Shown here: positions 7,548-14,379 of the stretch, piece after piece
Layout of the letters: each line of letters begins with the position of its first letter
How positions within the stretch are numbered: the first letter of the stretch is position 1
Assembly: GCA_048938855.1 (NCBI GenBank)
Contig: JBHLLT010000027.1
Span: 24,438 to 38,816 of the forward strand
Source: Promethearchaeota archaeon
Lineage (GTDB): Archaea; Asgardarchaeota; Lokiarchaeia; Sigyniarchaeales; SOKP01
Reading direction: 5' to 3'
DNA: 14,379 nt
Made by a program: the position numbers and the translations under genes
Notes under the pieces: generated by a model
What the model saw: only the letters and a program-made list of their open reading frames with translations
What the model was told of the DNA's origin: nothing
Database searches by the model: none

Positions 7548-8819
7548 GTGATTAATGTGTCATCAGAATTTGAAAAAAACCTAGAGAAATATGCTGAGGT
7601 AATTGTAAAAATTGGCCTTAATTTACAACCAGGGCAACGTTTACTGATTGGTGGACCTACAAGTTATAATTATGGGACACCAATTGAATTAGCTCCCTTA
7701 GTACGATTAATTACTAAAAAAGCTTATAAAATTGGAGCACGATTCGTAGAAGTATTTTGGGATGATGAAGAATTAAGAAAGATTCGATTTGAAAATGCTC
7801 CAAAAGATTCATTTGAAGAATATCCTATTTGGCGATTAGACTGTCAATATCAGTTCGGAATCGGAGGAGATGCAGTTCTACTTTTTGCTGCTTATAATCC
7901 TGATTTACTCAAAGGGAAGGATCCAGAATCGATGGCAACAGCCTTTAATACATATGCAAAATATAGAAATCCTTTTGGTGAGCTCATATCAAAAAGCGCT
8001 GTAAATTGGACTGCAATTAGCGCACCTGTTGATGGGTGGGCGGAAAAAGTGTTTTCTGATGTTCCCAAAAAAGAACTAAAATTAAAATTTTGGGATGTTA
8101 TCTTTGAGATATGCAGAATTAAGCACAAAAATCCAATCGATGTTTGGGAGAGACATATCAGCCAACTCATGGCTAGAAGCAATTATTTAAATCAAAAACA
8201 GTATGTGTCATTACACTTAGATGCTCCTGGTACTGATCTTACAATTGGATTACCTAAAGATCATAGATGGGGCAGTGCACGATTTAAAACTCAAAGTGGA
8301 ATTGATTTTGTTGGAAACATTCCAACTGAGGAAGTTTTTACTACCACGCATAAAGATCAAACAGAAGGAGTAGTAATCTCTACAAAACCACGCCATACAG
8401 ATGTTATAATTGATGAAATAAGCTTAACTTTTTCCAAAGGGCGTATAATAGAAGCATCTGCAAAAAAGGGTGAAGAAATGTTACAGAAATTACTTGATAC
8501 GGATGAAGGAGCAAGAAGATTAGGTGAAATTGCGCTTGTTCCTCATAGTTCTCCTATTTCACAATCTGAACTACTTTATTACAACACACTGATTGATGAA
8601 AATGCCTCATCTCATATTGCTATTGGACGTGGGTTTCGTTTCGCTTTGAAAAATGGTGAAAAAATGTCTAATGAAGAGTATATTAAAGCGGGGGGTAACA
8701 TAAGCAATATACATATAGATTTCATGATTGGATCAGAAAAAATGAATGTTGATGGAATAACTAAAAAAGGAGAAAAAGAGCCTATTATGAGAAATGGAGA
8801 ATGGGCTTTTAAAGTGTAG
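7548..8819 (+). CDS. M29 family metallo-aminopeptidase (AmpS/AmpT/PepS-like)
   Basis: NIPTEEVFT, LGEIALV, LIDENASSHIAIG and HIDFMIG metal-ligand motifs. GTG start at 7548 or 7557. Confidence 0.95.
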   Translation: MINVSSEFEKNLEKYAEVIVKIGLNLQPGQRLLIGGPTSYNYGTPIELAPLVRLITKKAYKIGARFVEVFWDDEELRKIRFENAPKDSFEEYPIWRLDCQYQFGIGGDAVLLFAAYNPDLLKGKDPESMATAFNTYAKYRNPFGELISKSAVNWTAISAPVDGWAEKVFSDVPKKELKLKFWDVIFEICRIKHKNPIDVWERHISQLMARSNYLNQKQYVSLHLDAPGTDLTIGLPKDHRWGSARFKTQSGIDFVGNIPTEEVFTTTHKDQTEGVVISTKPRHTDVIIDEISLTFSKGRIIEASAKKGEEMLQKLLDTDEGARRLGEIALVPHSSPISQSELLYYNTLIDENASSHIAIGRGFRFALKNGEKMSNEEYIKAGGNISNIHIDFMIGSEKMNVDGITKKGEKEPIMRNGEWAFKV

Positions 8820-8822
8820 CCC

Positions 8823-10229
8823 TCATTCAATTTTCTGACAAATATTATCTATTTTTTTAATAGTTTCGTCAATAATTTTATCAGTATGGAGCATACAAGT
8901 ATAGAACCTACTTCCTGCGACGGAAATAATCTCTTGATCAACTAATGCAGCCCCGATTTCACCCATAAAATCTTTTCTTTTAGGCAGTTCTCCTGCTTGA
9001 GTCGGATCACCTAAATCTAATCCAAAAAGGCAACTTGTATGAAAATGAACTGTTCCTCCATAATTATAAGAAAACCAGGGTAAATCATATTTTTCAAATA
9101 CTTTATTTAGTCCAGTGGATAATCTGGTACCTGCTTTTATCGCTTTCTCTGTTGCGTTAGTTTCTTCAACAAATTTGATGGCATAATATGCTGCTGCACA
9201 AGTTAAAGGATTAGCTGCAATTGTTCCACCAGAATAAGCTTTTTTACCTCCACTTACACCAGCGGCACATACACTCATTACATCAGCTCTTCCTCCTATA
9301 GCAGCTGCTGAAGGAAAACCATGTCCCACAATTTTTCCGAATACAGAAATATCAGGTTTATATCCAAAATACGCTTGTCCTCCACCCATATCTAACCTAA
9401 ATGCACAAACAACTTCATCAGAAATCATCAAAGCTTTATTTTCTTTACATAATTCCTCTATTTCTTTATTGAAACCGGGTTTTACAGGAATGCTTCCGGA
9501 TTCTCCTCCCATTGGTTCGACGATGACTGCTGCAACCTTTCGCTTTTCTTTAAACATTTGTTTTAAAGTCTCGATGTCATTTGGAGGACATGAATCGATC
9601 CATTTGAATACATTTTTTGGTATACCGTGAGATTCTAATAATTTTGTTCCAGGAACATGCATATCATAGACGAGTTGATCAGACCAACCATGATAAGAGC
9701 CCCCAATTTTAATTATCCATTTACGATTTGTAAAAGTTCGAGCAATTCTAATTGCTAACATATCTGCTTCAGTTCCAGATTGTAACCATCTAATAATTTC
9801 ACATGATGGAAAATGTTTTTGTAACTGTTCCGCAGAGAGATATTCATATTCGTTTGTAATGCCATGACAAGGGCCAAGTTCCTGAATAACCTCAATAACT
9901 TTATCTATTAATGGTTTATATTGATGTCCAAGGATAATTGGACCTCCACACATCAAATAATCTGTTAAGATTACATCATCAACAGTTTCCATATAACAAT
10001 CATAGACTCTTTTACTTGCTAAAGGAAATGGATGGTTAAAAGCTAAATTATGTTCAACACCGCCAGGTATTATTTTCCGTGCTCTCTCATATATTTCTTT
10101 TGATTTTGGATGATTTTTATGATATCTCTCAAAAATTCCTTTTAATTCATCTTGTTTGAATTTTCTAATTGGCTGATTTACAATATTATCAATCTTCTCT
10201 TTCATTTCTTCATATTTCATACTACTCAT
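8823..10229 (-). CDS. Class III PLP-dependent aminotransferase, glutamate-1-semialdehyde aminomutase (HemL)-like
   Basis: SGTEA, GSYHGW, VIVEP, SDEVVCAFR, FGKIVG.GFP (PLP Lys) and GT..ANP motifs. Confidence 0.88.
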   Translation of the reverse strand: MSSMKYEEMKEKIDNIVNQPIRKFKQDELKGIFERYHKNHPKSKEIYERARKIIPGGVEHNLAFNHPFPLASKRVYDCYMETVDDVILTDYLMCGGPIILGHQYKPLIDKVIEVIQELGPCHGITNEYEYLSAEQLQKHFPSCEIIRWLQSGTEADMLAIRIARTFTNRKWIIKIGGSYHGWSDQLVYDMHVPGTKLLESHGIPKNVFKWIDSCPPNDIETLKQMFKEKRKVAAVIVEPMGGESGSIPVKPGFNKEIEELCKENKALMISDEVVCAFRLDMGGGQAYFGYKPDISVFGKIVGHGFPSAAAIGGRADVMSVCAAGVSGGKKAYSGGTIAANPLTCAAAYYAIKFVEETNATEKAIKAGTRLSTGLNKVFEKYDLPWFSYNYGGTVHFHTSCLFGLDLGDPTQAGELPKRKDFMGEIGAALVDQEIISVAGSRFYTCMLHTDKIIDETIKKIDNICQKIE

Positions 10230-10363
10230 GATAAATCAAAATTAGAGTTATATTGGTAACTAAGTTATATACTAAATAGTTGCATCAAAAATTAAGTTTA
10301 TTTTTAATAATTAAATAATAATAACTTCTTGTCTTTTCTAAGATATCAAGAAAACAAGATAAT

Positions 10364-12556
10364 CTACATCACAATCTCAATAGAATCTGCTGGAATAAGT
10401 AATTTCTTGTTAATAAGCATTTCAATTGTATTGATGACTAAATCTTCATTTCTATAGTTAATTTTATTTAATAATGAAATTAATTTAAAGATACGATCTT
10501 CTTCTGATATTGAAAGAATTTCATTAAGAATTTTATATTCTATTTTAGATAACTTTAGATCTTTTTTGATATTTTCAAGGTCTGATTTTTCGATATTTAA
10601 TTTATAGAATATTTTGTAATCCAAATTAAAGAAATTATCAAGAAGGGGAGGAATTCCTACTTGAAATATATTTGTTTCATGATTCCAATCCTTTAATATT
10701 TCTGAATATTTTGCGTACACATTTAATCCAAAATTTAATAATTGTCTTTTTATTCTCTTAGAAGCTTTACTATTAAGAATAAGTACGGTTCTTAATTCCT
10801 CTACATCTGAGATAAGGCAATAGAAGTGCTTAAAATCTAATTCGAGAACATTATGTAGTCCATCAACTAAATTAGTTTCAATGCCTTTAGATTTAACATA
10901 ATCTTTACGAATAACTTCTTCCCCCACAATTGAGATTGCTTGAAGAAATCCCGAAAATATCGCTTTATTTCCTTCCATTAAATCTGAATAATTTCTAGAA
11001 AAAAGTGGTAATCCAGTAGGGTTATGTACTATAAGAATACCTTGAATATTTTCTGCATCCTTAAATTTTTGTGTCCTTGATAAAAGTGCTGTTCGCTTTT
11101 TAAGCTTTCTTGGTATTAATATATAAGATCTTAGACTTAAGCTGGTTAATAATGCAATTACCAATAATAAAATTAATATTATAAAAATTAAGGAATAAGG
11201 AAATGATTCATTGCTAAATTTAACATATGAAATTGTCAGATAGACATCATCAATAGAAAAATCCATAATTTGATTTAAAGCAAACGTATCTGCTAAAAAT
11301 ATAACAATTGAGAAAGTAAAATTAACATTAGTCAAAATGTAGGACTTTATTAGATCTGCTCCTAAATTTAAATCTTGAAAAGTAATTTCTATGTCTTTTA
11401 ATTTGATAGTTTTTTCAAGTTCATTATTATTTATTAGAATTCTTAATTCAGAATTAGGAGATAATGTTTCAGACCAGTTCATATTGACTTTATATTTGAA
11501 ATTGAGAGTTGCATCTAAGATTTTAATATTATCTCCGTTTATCGAATTTGCTTTCTGAATCCAAGAAATTGAAGTATATTGGTCAATCTTCTTTTCGTAT
11601 GTAAATGTAAAGTTGACAAATTTTATCATTAACTCATCAAAATTATCCAGATCCCAATAATTAACAACATTATCTTCAGTATGAATACTTATTCCTAATG
11701 AAATTGTGAAATTAGAATTATCAGTATCTAAAACCGATTCAAGATAAAAAGTCAAAACGTCCTGAGGTACCGAGATCATATAAGTATCATATAAATAATC
11801 TTTACCAGGTGGATCACCACTACCAATTTGCTCTGTTTGAAAATGAGCGATTTCATATATTTTATTTTTATCCAAATCTGAAATTGACACAAAAAATCTG
11901 ATATAATCTCCAACACTATACGTGTCGACAATGTTATTCGGCGATAATCTAGCGAGATCCCCATTTATATAATCATCTAAACGATCAAGGTTATTATCCA
12001 CTGTTGCATTGACAATAGCTTGAATAGAAACAGATTTTATAATATAGTCAGACATGTCAACATTCAGAGATATATTTTGATCCCATTGAACACTTGGATT
12101 CTGAATAGCAGTCGTATCATCAAATTCATGAGAAACCCTACAACCCTCAGATGTAATTTCGTATATATCAGGACGATTTGGAAAATTTGGATTATCTCTT
12201 TCAAACCAATTTAATGCGAGGGGTGGGTCTGCAATTAATGAATATGTTCTTTTGTCCCCTAAAATCTCATAGTGGGCTTCCCCAGAATGAATAGAAGCAT
12301 TTACGTCATTTAAATCACCCGTAAAAGAGGAGCTCCAATACTCTCCCCCAGAATTAAAATTGGGATTCTTGAGCCATTGTGTTGTATTCCTTGAAACAGC
12401 AGATATTGGATTTAGGTTTAATCCACCAGATTTTAAAGTATATGGCAGATAATTAAATGAACTTAGAAAAACCCAACTTAATGAAATTGGGATGAGAATG
12501 AGGACGATAAAAACTTTTTTTTTCAAAATTTTTCTTAAGGAAATTGGAAAATCCAT
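10364..12556 (-). CDS. Membrane protein: N-terminal signal/TM, about 400-aa beta-rich ectodomain, TM, cytoplasmic longin-like domain and probable winged helix
   Basis: Hydrophobic segments VFIVLILIPISLSWVFL and LIFIILILLLVIALLTSL (followed by RKLKKR). About nine N-x-S/T sequons lie between them. The cytoplasmic part ILIVHNPTGLPLF...IFSGFLQAISIVGEE...FYCLISD..LRTVLIL has the longin secondary-structure order. Confidence 0.75.
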   Translation of the reverse strand: MDFPISLRKILKKKVFIVLILIPISLSWVFLSSFNYLPYTLKSGGLNLNPISAVSRNTTQWLKNPNFNSGGEYWSSSFTGDLNDVNASIHSGEAHYEILGDKRTYSLIADPPLALNWFERDNPNFPNRPDIYEITSEGCRVSHEFDDTTAIQNPSVQWDQNISLNVDMSDYIIKSVSIQAIVNATVDNNLDRLDDYINGDLARLSPNNIVDTYSVGDYIRFFVSISDLDKNKIYEIAHFQTEQIGSGDPPGKDYLYDTYMISVPQDVLTFYLESVLDTDNSNFTISLGISIHTEDNVVNYWDLDNFDELMIKFVNFTFTYEKKIDQYTSISWIQKANSINGDNIKILDATLNFKYKVNMNWSETLSPNSELRILINNNELEKTIKLKDIEITFQDLNLGADLIKSYILTNVNFTFSIVIFLADTFALNQIMDFSIDDVYLTISYVKFSNESFPYSLIFIILILLLVIALLTSLSLRSYILIPRKLKKRTALLSRTQKFKDAENIQGILIVHNPTGLPLFSRNYSDLMEGNKAIFSGFLQAISIVGEEVIRKDYVKSKGIETNLVDGLHNVLELDFKHFYCLISDVEELRTVLILNSKASKRIKRQLLNFGLNVYAKYSEILKDWNHETNIFQVGIPPLLDNFFNLDYKIFYKLNIEKSDLENIKKDLKLSKIEYKILNEILSISEEDRIFKLISLLNKINYRNEDLVINTIEMLINKKLLIPADSIEIVM

Positions 12557-12716
12557 TCTAATACTAATCGAATTAAACTTATTTCTTCTTATACCTAAAT
12601 ACTTAAGGAATAAATAGTAATTTAGAGTATATAATATTTTCCAGACATGTCACTTTTAATTATATTGTAATCTGGTATAAAATGATGTCCTAATTGAATT
12701 TTACGCCAGGTTTTTT

Positions 12717-12745
12717 AAGATTTTTCTGCAGAAAATCTTTATTTA
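12717..12745 (+). promoter_or_regulatory. Palindromic candidate operator overlapping the BRE/TATA of the FGGY kinase gene
   Basis: Perfect 14-bp palindrome TTTTCTGCAGAAAA (12722-12735), extending to AAGA..TCTT (12717-12739) with one extra T. TTTATTTA at 12738-12745 lies about 24 nt before the ATG. Confidence 0.5.
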
Positions 12746-12768
12746 CTTTAACAACATTTATATAAAAT

Positions 12769-14379
12769 ATGTCTAATACACAAAGAAAATATATATTAGC
12801 GATCGACCATGGAATATGATCTACATTTAGGAGATTATACAGTACGGGCGGTCCTAAATCTGCAATTGTATCTACAACAGGAGAAGTAATTGATTGGGCA
12901 TTTCAAGAAACACCTATTTTCGCCTCTAAGGGTGGTGCTGTTGAACAAAATCCAGATGACTGGTGGAATGCTATTAAAAAAACCACTAAAGAAGTGATTG
13001 ACAGGGGACGCATACCAGTCGAAGATATAGTGGGTATTTGCAACACTAGTCAATGGAGTGGAACAGTTGCAGTCGATAAGGCTGGCAACCATCTTATGAA
13101 TTCCATTATATGGATGGATACGAGAGGAGCAAAATGGATAGAGCGATTTAATAAAGGAGTTCTCAAAGTTTCGGGATATAATATAAGAAAAATGTTAACA
13201 TTATTAAAAAGAGCATCTGGTGGTCCAACTTTACCTGGTAAAGATCCTATAGCACATATTTTAGTTATTAAAAATGAATTTCCAGAGATTTACGAGAAAA
13301 CGTTCATGTTTTTAGAGCCTCAAGATTTTATAAACATGAAATTAACAGGAAATTTCGCTGCGTCATTTGCATCTATTATTCTGCACTGGGTAACTGATAC
13401 AAGAGATCCTAACAATATCTATTATTCAAAAAAATTACTAAAGATGTTTAAAGTACCTCAGAATAAATTTCCACCTGAATTGAAAAACTCAACAGATATA
13501 TTAGGTCCAATTAAAAAAGAGTTAGCTGATGAGTTAGGATTAGAGAAAAATACTAAAGTTGTAATGGGTTCTCCAGATATACATTCTGCAACAATAGGAT
13601 CAGGTGCAGTTGGGAATTATGAAGGACACATATACATTGGGACAAGTGATTGGATTTTTCTACACATACCTCATAAAGGAGTAGACATTGCTCATAATTT
13701 GGGTACGTTACCTTCAGCCATACCTGGAAGATATCTAACAGGTAATGAACAAGAAATTGCTGGAGGTGCATTATCATTTCTAAGAGATAAAATTTTGTAT
13801 CATAAGGATGACCTATTGAAGGAAGAGGCTGTACCTGATGTATATAAAATCTTTGATCGAATTGTCGAGAATGTACCTGCTGGTTCAAATAATCTCATTT
13901 TTACCCCATGGCTTATAGGAGAACGATCACCTATCGATGATCCGACTATTCGAGGAGGTTTATATAATCTCTCTCTTGAAATGTCAAGAGAACATATAAT
14001 AAGAGCGATTTTTGAAGGTGTTGCATATAATGTAAGATGGTTATTGAATACTATTGAAAAGTTCATTAGAAAATGGGTCATAAAGGAGCGGCAATTAACT
14101 AAAAATAGTATTATCATGCCAGAATTAAACATAATTGGAGGAGGAGCTCAAAGTGATATTTGGTGCCAAATCATAGCAGATGTTCTTAACAGAAAGATTA
14201 AGCAAGTTTCAGATCCTATACAAGCAAATGCTCGAGGTGCTGCATTTATTGCTTCAGTAGGTTTAGGATACCTTAAATGGGATGAGATTCAGAAATGCTG
14301 TAAGATATCTACTACTTTTACACCAAATCCTGAGAATCGAGCAATCTATGATAAAATCTTTAAAGAATACTTAAATATC
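12769..14379 (+). CDS. FGGY family carbohydrate kinase (xylulokinase-like), interrupted by a 30-nt stop-containing insertion; 3' end runs off the right edge
   Basis: Not in the ORF track. MSNTQRKYILAIDHG-[I*STFRRLYS]-TGGPKSAIV...VEQNPDDWW...QWSGTVAVD...IIWMDTR...IGTS...PWLIGERSP...RAIFEGVAYN...IGGGAQSDIWCQIIADVL...ARGAA. A single frame whose only stop is TGA 12817-12819. Confidence 0.93.
12814..12843 (+). other. 30-nt intervening sequence (candidate mRNA intron) in the FGGY kinase DxGT motif
   Basis: Removing 12814-12843 (or 12813-12842, or 12812-12841) restores DHGTGGPK. The insert holds the in-frame TGA and an 8-bp stem (12815-12822 with 12832-12839). The insertion itself is clear; splicing is inferred. 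Confidence 0.6.

Noticed and set aside
7647-7684. Second intron candidate: about 8 extra residues (GPTSYNYG) in the aminopeptidase within an ATTGGTG/CACCAAT hairpin
   Set aside because: In frame, no stop and no 3-nt bulges. It is most simply a protein loop insertion; an orthologue alignment would settle it.
8823-10229. Assigning the symbol hemL
   Set aside because: The HemL-specific SPVRAF motif is absent and there is no supporting gene context.
12817-12819. TGA read as selenocysteine or by readthrough
   Set aside because: Readthrough would leave 10 extra residues inside the DxGT ATP-binding loop, and the position is not a conserved Cys. A 3' SECIS cannot be checked because the gene end is outside the window.
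12813-12842. Spliceosomal-type intron (ends in ACAG) or transposon footprint
   Set aside because: No GT/GC donor in any frame-restoring register, and no target-site duplication longer than 1 nt.
12811-12846. T4 gene 60-type translational bypassing (GGA, nearby stop, hairpin, AGGAG at 12829-12833)
   Set aside because: No matched landing codon in the correct frame: GGA at 12830 and ATA at 12837 both resume out of frame. Disfavoured, not formally excluded.
1862-14132. Short overlapping ORFs in the track (1862-2044, 2695-2943, 3137-3337, 5667-5915, 7892-8182, 8612-8830, 11776-11964, 12020-12214, 12835-13092, 13553-13888, 13800-14132)
   Set aside because: Antisense or alternate-frame shadows of well-supported genes, with no recognisable motifs.

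Overview
AT-rich prokaryotic window whose gene content suggests an Asgard archaeon, probably Lokiarchaeia. That assignment is an inference from a Ras-fold protein, a longin-like membrane protein, a stand-alone 7TM protein and BRE/TATA-type promoters. From left to right: a partial EamA/DMT transporter (-); a co-directional group of a degenerate small GTPase, a Zn-ribbon microprotein, a 7TM protein and an HhH+Zn-ribbon protein (+); a CaCA cation/Ca2+ exchanger (-); a 51-aa ribbon-helix-helix regulator missing from the ORF track (+); an extended SDR (-); eda (+); DUF2804 (-); an M29 aminopeptidase (+); a HemL-like class III aminotransferase (-); a receptor-like membrane protein with a cytoplasmic longin-like domain (-); and a partial FGGY sugar kinase (+). 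The most striking feature is in the kinase gene. Its conserved N-terminal DxGT ATP-binding motif is split by a frame-preserving, stop-containing 30-nt hairpin insertion with a relaxed bulge-helix-bulge-like geometry, while the rest of the gene is intact. This is a candidate archaeal mRNA micro-intron. No mobile element, CRISPR array, tRNA or rRNA was recognised.
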